Of a stretch of DNA of 64,000 nucleotides, positions 48,701 to 59,700 are shown one piece after another (positions within the stretch are counted from its first letter, which is position 1; every line of letters starts with the position of its first letter). Under the pieces are notes generated by a model. The model ran no database searches and had not been told where the DNA came from. It was given only the letters and a program-made list of their open reading frames with translations. The position numbers were made by a program, and so were the translations under genes. The DNA comes from Botryllus schlosseri (lineage: Eukaryota), in contig CM119381.1 of NCBI GenBank assembly GCA_051294905.1, positions 19,220,001 to 19,284,000 of the forward strand, given 5' to 3'.

Positions 48701-51700
48701 CGAAGCCAACAAGGATGTGACCCAGGTGAGATTCTGTGGTGGTATGAGTAGGCTGACTGTTGAACCTTTAAATTGATGCAGAGGGGTGGGTGCTGGTCAA
48801 TGGTCATTGATAATACCTGGGCGCGATTAGTAGTGACGCTGTAAATATCTACTCGACAATTTGTAGTAGCGATTTCCAATACATTTCAATCATTACAGAT
48901 CTGAAAATTACTTGAGTACAGTAAAATTGGATCGGGATGCAGTTGCATACTTTCACTACTCTTTCCCTAAGAAAATCTAATATGAAAACAAAGTAGTGCC
49001 AAGTGGATTAAATCTACTGAATGCTGAATCATGCAGCCCCAAAACTGATGCAGATGAGTTGACTGTAATCGGGACAGATTATTCTGCAGCAATGACCGAT
49101 GAGCCTTGCCCTTGGTGAATGTGTCCACTGTTCATTTGACGTTAGCGAAAAATACTGTCCTTTCAAGTTACTATTTTAGGAAGTACTTTGTAAAAATGCA
49201 ATGGAATACTACAAATAAGGACTTTAGAAACGGGAACTGTTCAACTTGTCTAGTACGGTAGCAGCAAGTTATTGCCGACATTAGTAATATGACGTACTTT
49301 TTTGTCAGATTGTAGATATATTACCCAAGCAAGAAGAGAAATGGAAATGGCTGCTGAGGTGGATAGTTCCCCTCACCAGTCAGGGCAGCTTGCTGATATT
49401 TGTTACGAAAAAGGTAATGCCTCGTGAAATCTCAAACCTTCGACGGTTGACACAGTAATTTGCAATCAGGCCAATTCGGAAGACCTTCACAAGAAAATGA
49501 TGCAGGCCGGGTACGAGGCTTCCCTTTTGCACGGCGATATGAATCAATTCGACAGGAACAAGGTTATAGGGGAATTTAAAAAGCAACAGGCAAGTACATT
49601 TTTGATCGGTTTATTTCGATCATGTCACTCGAAACAGGTAAATCCAATAGTATGCTATTCGTTTCCAGGTATCCACAATGATCGCTACAGATGTGGCAGC
49701 TCGCGGCCTCGACATTCCATCGATTAAGAATGTAATCAACTACGACGTAGCCAGGGATATTGACACACACACGCATCGTATAGGAAGGTACTGTACTGCA
49801 GTCAAGTCGAAACGGTTACCAGTGAATTTGGCAGTAGAAATGTAATTATTACTAATAAAGGAACACGTCAACATTGTACAACTAAATTCGAAAATGAATG
49901 TTTCCTTGAATTGTGATATTTCGGCACCTGGTGAATTCGGCAATCTAAACTTGGTGTTTAATAACGTGGTTGATTAAGGTTAAGGTATATTAGGATTAGG
50001 GGTCGTCGAGTCCCTAATTCAACATGCCAAATTCACTGGTAACGGGCCAAATAATGTTGATTTTACCACGTGAACAAATCTCAGGACCGGGCGTGCGGGC
50101 GAAAAGGGGACGGCGTACACGCTCATGACGCACCAGGACATCGGTTTCGCCGGTGACTTAGTGAGGAATCTGGAGGGTGCGAACCAGGAAGTGCCGGAAC
50201 CGCTGATGCGTCTGGCGCTGCAGAATTCGAGGTTCAGGAAATCCCGGTATCAACACGGAAAAGGCAAGGGTTTTGTCGGGAAAGAAAGGCCTGGGTTGGG
50301 ATCCGGGGGTTCTAAAAGGTACGCATTTCGGCTTGCGGCAAGTTACCAGGTTGAATTTTTCATAGATGAGAAATAGCCTATTTGCACTGCTGCATATTAT
50401 GACCAAACTGCTTTAGCTGTGTTGCCATTCAGTAGTTTTAGAATGAGATATTTAACAATGAGGTCATGATATACTGTATATCAGCGCACTTCAACCTTTT
50501 TCGTTGTGGTACACCCTTTTAACGTTGACTCGAAACTCGTACACCCCTGATCACGTAACATGCTGATTCCGTACAGTCAGCATAATCCAGAGGTGTTGAC
50601 CTTTTTGCTATTCACGGCTTTATTTCGATTACATGTATAGCATACGGGCCGCATTCCGCCGAGAGTTGTCTTGGTCCATCTGGACCTCATATACTCATGT
50701 CCAATTAGCTACTGGGAACTTCACACAGCCGTGTGGTGTTTTGTGCCATCACTGCGTTTTTGAGATATACCCTGCGTATAAAAGTTTCTGATTGTAGAAG
50801 CAGAACACTCCCGTAAGGTTACTATATATGCACCAAAATAGCAAGTATCAGTGGAAGGAAAAGTTGTCTGGATTCCTTGTCTGCTCGCGGAGTGCGTGAA
50901 AAAATTTTCCACCTAGAAAATTAATTTTGTCGACAATGTTGGTTGTTTCATATAATAAATGTCAAAAAGATGTGGGAACCAGCTCGTTGATTCAATTGCA
51001 TATTGACAGCCGCCGATGCTTTAATTTAATTATGTGTAGACTTTAGAGGGCCGCATAGTTACTGTTGGTTGGCCACGTCTGGCCTGTTGCAATGCGAATG
51101 AGCAAGGCTTCAACGTATTATTGGAAATGATGAATACCAATTAGGACTTGACGTTACCTGACTACCATCTAACACAGTGGTTCTCAAACTCGACGCCCCC
51201 CTTGAGACTCCCTGGCTAAGCCCTTACAATTATTATACTGTGCTATTTATAAGGATCTCGCAGGAAGTAACAATTCAAATGTCTGTGCATTCGTGCTGTT
51301 TTCTTCGACAATCATTATATACAAATATGGTAAGCCGAACACAGTCAACTTCACCATGCTCTATGTTCTACCCCAAAAGGAATCAATAAGTCAAAAACCA
51401 ACTGTGAAATTATGAGAAACATTTGCCTACGACATCACAAAAGGAATGCCATATACATACAAGCTGCGTACAGCTGATATGAACATTGTACGATATTGCA
51501 CTCTCGGTTCACATGTTCTGAAGCTTAAACTTGTTGTGATAGCTAGCCATTGGTCCATTTCAATGCGGATCTGGTACACCCCAGTACACCCCCTCTCTGA
51601 GTGGTACACCCTTATGAAATTTTGGTACACCCTGGGGTGTACGAAACACCCGGTTGAAGAGCCCTGCTCTATATGCCTTTTATCAACAAGCAATTTCTGT

Positions 51701-52278
51701 TAGTTAGAATACATGTGTTGGAATACATTTTCGCGACGTCATGTTCGAACTGCAAATAGAAGATTCATGGAATGTCACACATCAATTCTTAGCCTATTAC
51801 TTTGCTGTTGCACGTTTTCGACGTAATCAAGCAATCACAGTGGCAACTATCTAAAATCCATTCTTAAGGGTTTGAACATGGTGACTTTCTGAGGGTAATG
51901 ACTGCTGCAAAAAAGTGTTCCCAACATTTTTTGCTCAATTTGAGATTGGATCATATTTGGAGAGCAGAGTCCCTTTAATATACGCAGTTACGCACTGATC
52001 AAATGAATCTTGTGAAATGTTGCATCGTTGACGATATTCACTCTTTCAGCTCGGGCTCGTCAATGACTACGGCGGCGTTCAGAGCGTCCACCAAAGGCGG
52101 TGTACTAGGAGGCAGAGCCGCGTCTATGAAAGACTATTTTCAAAGTCAATATAAAAGCAGTTTTGTTAAGAGCACCGAGGAGGCCACTTCCTGGGAACCA
52201 CACGGTTTCAAAGCACCGTTAGGCGATGGCGCCGGGTCCGGCCAGAGACGGAAGAAAAAGAGTCGATGGGACGCATGA
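45745..52278 (+). CDS. DDX42: ATP-dependent DEAD-box RNA helicase DDX42 (SF3b125), multi-exon
   Basis: [111 protein letters not shown] and C-terminal KKSRWD; GT-AG introns. Confidence 0.95.
47375..47860 (+). mobile_element. hAT-type MITE (CAGGGTTG.../...CGAGCCTG) with GACTCGAGTC arrays, in a DDX42 intron
   Basis: Perfect TSD GTAATTAC (47367-47374, 47861-47868); inverted sister at 53985-54463 and a half-copy at ~56041-56303. Confidence 0.88.
49815..50043. mobile_element. Unclassified TIR element in a DDX42 intron
   Basis: 19-bp perfect IR GTTACCAGTGAATTTGGCA; internal GAATTGTGATAT and GGTTAAGG/GATTAGGGG blocks recur at ~59878-60160 in a V-ATPase intron; no TSD read. Confidence 0.6.
50482..51666. 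mobile_element. Buster-type hAT element in the last DDX42 intron, carrying other MITE fragments
   Basis: CAGCGCACTTCAACC...GGTTGAAGAGCCCTG (13/15 TIR); TSD CTGTATAT/CTCTATAT; GTACACCC subterminal repeats at both ends. Confidence 0.75.
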
Positions 52279-52452
52279 TCGCGTTAATATGCTCATATTT
52301 TCATGAGCAGTCATGAATTGCACAGCTACGGCAGTACGAAAGCAAAAGGAAACCTCTCTACCTTGAGAAATGCGCGTATTTCATCTGAGGTGGAGTGTGT
52401 CTCACGACATGACCAACGGACGAGTTTTTTTTATGCAAATGTATAATTTGAC

Positions 52453-53103
52453 TTACGAATACTCGTCGTAACCTACGCCCATTACATGATTAAACATCTG
52501 TTTGTTTGGAATATCCGCTTCGTCAGATAAAAGAAATCTCCACGAATAGCCTTCGACTTTAGAATAATTGTGCTGGGTTTGTACGCCTCCGAGGGTGGTG
52601 GCCGAAACGTTCTCTCCACCGAATAAATGGTGAGTTATCAATGTAATACGACCGCTTGATGGCGTGAATAAAACTTTCTTTACGATCCTCCCGAAAGCAA
52701 AGTATCCGGCTGCCGTGAAAGCTATGGCGAGACCAAGGGCGGCAGGAATCAATATGAATCCGGCCTTCCCAGTGTATAAGTTGACTTGAATATTGGGATT
52801 TACTTCAGATTCAAATTCGTCTTTCGTGCGGACAGCGTGTATTGCTTCAGCTCCCGCAATCAAAGCTACCAATTGCATTCCGATACCGATCCGGCCGTAT
52901 CGCAGCATCTTCTTATTGGAATTCGCCTCGTCGTATATCACCATTCCTTTTTCTTTACTCGGCTCGCTTTGAAACGATCGATGTTGCGACTTTGGCTGGT
53001 TTAGTCTCGTATTTTTCACATGGTGGTCGACGTGCCTAAAACAACTGCGCGTCTGCGATAGTTTTATGCGATTCTTTGCCCGACACATCAGAGAACTCAG
53101 CAT
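52453..53103 (-). CDS. TMEM223: TMEM223-like mitochondrial inner-membrane protein, single coding exon (216 aa)
   Basis: Basic/hydroxylated presequence-like N-terminus, two hydrophobic segments, RIVKKV...ITLITHHLFG, and C-terminal KVEGYSWRFLLSDEADIPNKQMFNHVMG matching the recalled TMEM223 pattern KV.G..F.YLLD..G.F.N..LFD.TVG. Confidence 0.7.
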   Translation of the reverse strand: MLSSLMCRAKNRIKLSQTRSCFRHVDHHVKNTRLNQPKSQHRSFQSEPSKEKGMVIYDEANSNKKMLRYGRIGIGMQLVALIAGAEAIHAVRTKDEFESEVNPNIQVNLYTGKAGFILIPAALGLAIAFTAAGYFAFGRIVKKVLFTPSSGRITLITHHLFGGENVSATTLGGVQTQHNYSKVEGYSWRFLLSDEADIPNKQMFNHVMGVGYDEYS

Positions 53104-53577
53104 ATTTACTCTAATCTGCTAAAGAGGTAATAACAGTACAACACACTTAATAACAAGGAACATGTGAAGAAGTAGTAAAAGACGTTGAATTTTGACAGCT
53201 TCAATCAGATGTCTTAAAATGGATTTCAGACTCAACTATATAGCAATGGGTTTGCAGCAGATAACGAGGTCATGTTAATCATCAAAATCAACGGATAGTG
53301 CAGTTCAAATAGCTTGTTTCGATACAATGCTTCAACATGCAGTTAGTAATGTATGGCAAACTGTTGCGTACTGACATTGGGATAAAAACCACAAAGGTTT
53401 TTCATCCACGGAATAAAGACATGTTATTTACATGTCCACGCTAGCATAATTACAGACCAGAGTGGAATTGGTGGCGATGTCACGCAGAACTTTCTATTCG
53501 ATTACTTTATTATTCTATGCAGAAAAGCTCTCATCACGCAGGATATATTTTAAAAAATGAACCGAGATTCCATAGGG

Positions 53578-55055
53578 CAGTGGTTCCCAACCTTTTTCAT
53601 CTCGTGCCTCCCTTAGCCGAAATTTTAGCCAAAATTCCTCCCTTAGGATAAATCTGCCCGATGATTGAAAATGGTCATTTTTACCGCGCAAACACCTGTT
53701 GACTGAGAGAATAAGACGCGCGGTACCGCGCGTTTTTTCTAGCAGTGCTGTAATAACACTTTGTATACCTCCAAAAACCATGGTCTTGGTCCCAATCACA
53801 AAAATTCAGGAAGGCTTGACTCAACAGACCCCCACACTTTCATTTGTGTTTTCGGCTTACCATGCCCGAATCGCAAATACAACTGCTGTGAAAAATCAGT
53901 ATCCATAAATTTACTGTTCTCGTGATTTTTTTCTCAAAGTTTGCTTATGCATTTGGCCAACAATAGTGGTACTTTCATAAATAGCAGGGTTGACCAGACT
54001 CGAGTTTGACTCGTGTCATCATTTTCTGATAACTCGACTTGACTCAGTCAATTTCTCAAAATATGGAAACGACTCGAGACAATCTGGGTATTGACTCGAG
54101 TTCGACTCAGCCATATGACTCAAGACTATAAAACGGCCAAGACCGACATTTCATTGTAATTTCGAAGAACAGTAAAGTGTTGGAATTTCGTCTATTGATC
54201 CTGGTACTTGACAACGCGACAAGAAACTGCTCAAAGTGAGGAGAATTAGTATATCATAAATCCAAATCATTCAATATCACCAAACAGTGTTGACTTGAGG
54301 ATGACTTGGACTCGTACTCGAGTCATAATACTATGACTCGGACTCTACCGTCTGCTCGGACTTGACTCAATGATGAATTGAAAATTACTCGACTTGATTC
54401 GAGTCAAAACTGTGGAAGTGAAATTGACTTGTGACTCGGAGCATCGTGACTGGGTTAGCCTTGATATATAACATACGCGTGATCAGATTCCCTGCTGGAG
54501 TTCATGGAAATTTAGGACACCCATTACGTTTCGGCAACATTGCACCAAGTTTACCATGTCTTTTTTCGATCGGGTAGCTGTTCACTAAAAATAAAGCAAG
54601 GCTAGCGAACTCTTTGACTTGAATCGATGACGTTGGAATATTTAGTCACTGTCTGAAAATGTTGACTTGAAAATATAAGATAAATACTTTCACTAGAGGC
54701 CTTGTTGTGATAGATTCGGCACGACATTTATTCGCTTAGGATATATTTGATTGAGAGGCCGTCGCTGGCCTACAAAATTGTCTTGCGAACTGCAGCACAT
54801 CTGAACTAGTTTAAAAAAGGAGGGGGGGGGGGGTTTGTATGTGAAAAAGAGATTTCAAATAGCATTTGAAGATATACTTTCAGGAAACAAAAAACAGCCA
54901 TAAAGGAGCATACGCTGAGATATAACTGATTGACTACATGACAGTTCGAACATGAACAATTTGGGAAATCCGTTACAATTCTAAAGTGGAATTCCTCCCT
55001 AAAAATTGCAAAATTCCCCCCAAGGGGGGAATTCCTCCCCGGTTGGGAACCACTG
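53578..55055. mobile_element. Composite Buster/Charlie-type hAT element between TMEM223 and GINS3
   Basis: TIR CAGTGGTTCCCAACC...GGTTGGGAACCACTG; perfect TSD CCATAGGG (53570-53577, 55056-55063); contains the 53985-54463 MITE. Confidence 0.88.
53985..54463 (-). mobile_element. Inverted, older copy of the 47375-47860 MITE family, nested in 53578-55055
   Basis: Collinear reverse-complement similarity to 47375-47860; TSD ATAAATAG/ATATATAA (6/8). Confidence 0.8.
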
Positions 55056-55248
55056 CCATAGGGGATTAAAGATAGGTCTGAAAAATAATCTTCTCAGCCT
55101 GTTATCTGCTTACTCCCAGCCCTTGATTATACTACTTCCATATCTGAGTTGGAAAAGCATGCCAAGAAGATCAACTTCCCAGTTGGCTGTCACGAATGCG
55201 TTAATAAATAACGATTTCATATATAATCTGAATTCGAAAATACACAAA

Positions 55249-55869
55249 TCAGCTTTGTTCTTCACGCTTTCTTTTTCGATGACGAACAATCATTTCTGAT
55301 GCCCTTATTTTATGACTGTCACCAGATTCCCATTTGATTTGGTTATGTAATGACTGCTGCCCTAGTAAAAATAACTTCCGTTCCACTTCGTCCAGCTTTT
55401 CTTTGTGCTGCATGCAGTCTGCCTTCATGGAATTTGTCGACCAGTCCATTATTTTGCGGAATCTGTCCGAAAACGTTTGTACAAGACTTCGTGCTATGAA
55501 TATACTCTCATTGGAGTCGAAAACAAGCAACTGCTGGCCCATTGCGTAGTAATACGGGCCCAACTTCCGCAAATCAACAACAGTTGCATCAGCTTTTAGT
55601 ATCTGTCTATAAACCTCTCTATAAGGTTTTGTGATTTCTACGTTCGCGAATCTTCGGCCGGGGTGTGCCGCCAATACCGTCGCCAGCCAAAGAGGTAGAT
55701 CCATCTTTGTTCCTTCCGATATATCCCTTTTTCCACATGCTACGTCTAAATATCCCAGACCGTGCACCGAGTTTTGAAACTGGCAAGATATTTTCTCGCT
55801 TGACATTAGTATGTCATCAATGCTGAAGTAATTTTGTCTTTGAGTTCCACTGGCAGGAGCACAATCCAT
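55249..55869 (-). CDS. GINS3: DNA replication complex GINS protein PSF3, single coding exon (206 aa)
   Basis: NYFSIDDILMSSEK, GTKMDLPLWLA, ADATVVDLRKLGPYYY, QTFSDRFRKIMD, LDEVERKLF, HRKRK; aligns end to end with PSF3. Confidence 0.93.
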   Translation of the reverse strand: MDCAPASGTQRQNYFSIDDILMSSEKISCQFQNSVHGLGYLDVACGKRDISEGTKMDLPLWLATVLAAHPGRRFANVEITKPYREVYRQILKADATVVDLRKLGPYYYAMGQQLLVFDSNESIFIARSLVQTFSDRFRKIMDWSTNSMKADCMQHKEKLDEVERKLFLLGQQSLHNQIKWESGDSHKIRASEMIVRHRKRKREEQS

Positions 55870-56040
55870 ATTGTTACGAACGTAACCGCGCGCAATATTA
55901 ACGAAACTGGTAGCAAAGCAAAACGAAACGCCGAAGCTTGATGAAGAAATTCGAAATCTTTAAATGCCCGTCAAATCGTAACTGAAGCGAAGCGTATGAT
56001 CGCTCGGCTGTGTCATTAAAATAGGCCTTCCCAATCATTG

Positions 56041-56303
56041 CGACCAGAAACTGTTAAAAGTGAGGAAAATTAGTATATTATAAACGCGAACCATTCGATA
56101 TAACCAAACAGAATTATAAGAGTGGGTTTAAAAAGACTTTAACTGGAAACTGAGCAGTCAACACAATGACTCGGCCTCGAGTCATAATACCATGACTCGG
56201 ACTCGAACCTCTGCTCGATGGTGAAGTGAAAATGACTGTAGTCAAAACCATAAAAGTGAGAATGACTTGTGACTCGGAGCTTTGTGACTTGGTTACAACC
56301 CTG
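56041..56303 (-). mobile_element. Half-copy of the 47375-47860 MITE family upstream of GINS3
   Basis: Ends in GGTTACAACCCTG (reverse complement of CAGGGTTGTAACC); shares GACTCGG/GAGTCATAATA blocks; the other end is missing. Confidence 0.75.
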
Positions 56304-56735
56304 CGGCTCACCTAGAAACCAATTCACCGATGGTAACGAATCCAATAAACATTCACATATTACCAGCTTTACATAGGAGACTACCTATCTGTGCATTACA
56401 TCACGTTGTATGCCTTGTGCTGATAGAAATACCATCGCTGACGATTGATTGAAGCAACAGAACTACACTACGAAGACCGACCCACCTACCAACACCACGT
56501 AATACCTAACAACCTCAATTTCCACTCACCTCTGTGCAAGATGCTTCTACAAATCTCATCAAGCTAATTAATCAAAGTACCAAGAATAAGCCATCATTAA
56601 TATCTTATGTCGTACCTAAATGGCAGATATTTATTCAACCGGCAACAACGGGGACTAGGCACAGTATGGATGATTATCAAGTCATTATAATCTCAATGAT
56701 GATACTGCTTTCATATATTTCGTGATAATTCTTCA

Positions 56736-59700
56736 TCATTCGTCTTCAAGCTTCCCTTCCACGATCAGTTGGAATGAGAATGGCTCGAACTGGTAACCCT
56801 CGCCACTGTAAAACTTGTCCTGGAATTCCACCCAGTGAAGACGCAGAGCATGAAGAAATGCAGAAAGGCCCTCCATGCCAAGAAGAATTCCAACGGTCAA
56901 TGTAGCAAAACCCCTGAAGAAAATATAATTTGTTAATTATACCACCACACAAATCTAGATAGCACATCAGTGCGCTGGTCAGAAATTTCTCATGATTGGC
57001 TGCATGGTCAGTTGATCACGGTTAATGTTATGGTCAACTTTACTAGATAGTCGAACTGCTGATGTATCCACAACACAATATATCAATGCAGGATACAGAA
57101 TGTCTGAAGAATTCTGATTATATTGATGATGACCACTGGCCAGCCAATTTCCCCATACCAGTCCTAAATATATACAGCAGGGGTCAAACTACTTGAGGCT
57201 TTGTCAAGTGGAAGTAGTGACTCTCAAGACAAGCATAAAGTAAAATAGACAACATTACTAGACCAAAAATGAAACATGCGATATTGTGTGCGATCTAAAC
57301 AGGCTATATAGTAGGCTTACCCTGTCACATATCTGCGAACCCACTAGTCCTACCGATTGAAGATTAAATGAAGCATTACCAAAAGATGAAGAAATTCAAG
57401 AAGGCACCGATGATTCCAGGCCACGACAGTCCCATATGCATCACCATGGTCCACAGGACCTCGGAAAGTTCTGTGACAGAAATATTGAATCAACATCCGC
57501 CAGCCGGCTGGCTATCAGTATGTAGCGAAAGGCTTACCGGAATGAGCCAAGCTCAACGCCCACAATCGCAGGTAGGACGCCGTGTGAGATATGCAACTCA
57601 AGCAATACTCGATAGTCTCGATCATCTGATGTATCATAATCTCCATCATGTCGAACTGCAAATCATTCGCACGATAGATATAAATCGAGTGCTAACTAGA
57701 AGTATGATATAGTAGGGCATACCGGTTCCTCATCATCGTCCTGCGGGAAAGTGGTACTCTCTCCAACCGCGCCGTAAGACGGTTGTAGCTCGTTGACTAT
57801 AATCGGAGCGTTCTCACTCTCATCGATTCCATCCTCAATGGAAGATGGAGCCTGCAAAAGATGGGTTGCTTTCACAATCTTCACGGTAACATGCATGCTT
57901 TTATGAGGCGGACAAATGCAACGAAGCAGAATTGGACAACTAGAAAATTAGACTAGAATTACCGCTAAAGAGTTATTTCCAAATTAGATTAGGATTAGAA
58001 TTACTGAATCCGTGAAAATTCGGACATTGAATCAAGCTCCATTAATATCAAATAGTTCATTCTTATGAGTATGAGAAAAGTCAATGTCTGTACAGCAAGC
58101 TTGGCTCGTTTCACACTATACAGTTCTGTAGCATTTACTGGGAAACCGGAAACTAGAATTTAGATTAGAGCATAGAAATATTTCACAATTTAGATTAGAA
58201 TTAGAATAAGAGCAAAGAAACATTTCACAAAATAGATTAGCGGCACTTCGCTTTAATTAGTTCAATTAGACATCTAGAGTTATCTAGTTCTCCAAGTCTG
58301 TCACGAAGCACAACATTTGTTTCAGATTATGGAAAACCAAAATTCCGTGGAAAATTTGATCAATTACTGTAACACAAAATATTGTTGCTGCATTTCCTGG
58401 AAAACATTCAGTGTTCATCTGACGAAGCCAGTAGTGCTGAGTCCTGACTGAACGATCACTAAGATGATACAACAACCGATCGTGTCTTACCCTCACTATT
58501 CGTCTTTTGTGTCTCTGATATATTACACATGGTTTCACAAGGAGCATCCAGGGCACACAAATGGCTGCGACTCCGACCAGAATTATCTGTACCGTTTGCT
58601 GACCGTCGTAGAGCAGAGTGTGTGCAGCGCGTGTCGGCGTAGTGAACATGAACATGTTGATAAGTCCAATCAGAAGGCTTGGCGCTTCCTGAAATAAAGA
58701 ATTTAATAAATCCATGTAACAATCACAACAATAGTTATCAATGGATATATCAAAACCTCAATTACCTTCGACTCAGCAGCAGTCCAGGCAATCCACTTAT
58801 AGATGATCATGAAGACCAAATATCCAAATATGGAAAGAATGAAAAGCATCTGAGGCACAAATATGGTCCCTATGTTCAAATACTTTTTGAAGTGCCTGAA
58901 ATTAAACATGTTGTATTGTATTGCATTATATATTTCACAGGCATATTCTACATAGATAATTTAGCATTTGATAGTAAGATAATATCAGCCATATATTTCT
59001 AATTCACACTCTAGTACAGTGTAAGGATCATTGCTAACACAATCGCCACCTGATAGTTATCTTGATAAAAGATTTTGATTAAAAAACAGCATTATGTAAT
59101 GTTTTATGCTGAGTACATTGTAAAATACTCGCGATGCATTTGATATCAACAATTTGCTCGGAATTTCAGCCCTATTAGAAGACCAGTAGTTTTATTATAC
59201 TGCGGCCACATTCGTTAGGCAGAAATACAATATTGCATGTGACATAAGCAAAACGGTATGTCATCATGTTTCAAGGACCGGAAACACAGTTGCTAAAACC
59301 GCACTCGATTACATCTCAGCAGAATGAATCATAAATCACAGGAAAATATGTACATACAGATAGTCAACTACCGGTACTCACACGTAGTTAAACAAGCTGA
59401 GCACGATTCCAAACACCATGTGAGTGATGCCGATGATAACGGACCCTTTCATCTTGTAGGAGTTTAGGAAAGTGATCTTGTTGTTGGCGAATTGCCAAAC
59501 CTGAAACGGGGTTGATCTTTTCTGATAAATGTCAGCTGAAATACGACTAGCGGTCCACATATTTGAGAGAATTGAGCAATCGTGTTCCTAGAAACATCAA
59601 CTTTGGCCATTGCAGCGACACAAGAGATGTTTACGTTCAAGGAAATTACTTTCCGGACAGGTATTTTGATAAAAGCTGGCTATGGGTTCGGTATTAACCT

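Noticed and set aside
52453-53103. Alternative identity as TMEM70 or TMEM186
   Set aside because: The C-terminal pattern fits TMEM223 better; not confirmed by a search.
54822-54833. 12-G run as a G-quadruplex element
   Set aside because: Isolated homopolymer inside a transposon; no supporting context.
53103-56736. Tight tunicate-style operon V0a-GINS3-TMEM223
   Set aside because: The genes are co-oriented, but the gaps (~870 bp and ~2,150 bp, still several hundred bp after removing MITEs) are much larger than the near-zero spacing typical of ascidian operons.
57310-57345. Possible micro-exon before a strong GTAAGC donor in a V-ATPase intron
   Set aside because: Both candidate acceptors put a stop codon in frame; no coding support.
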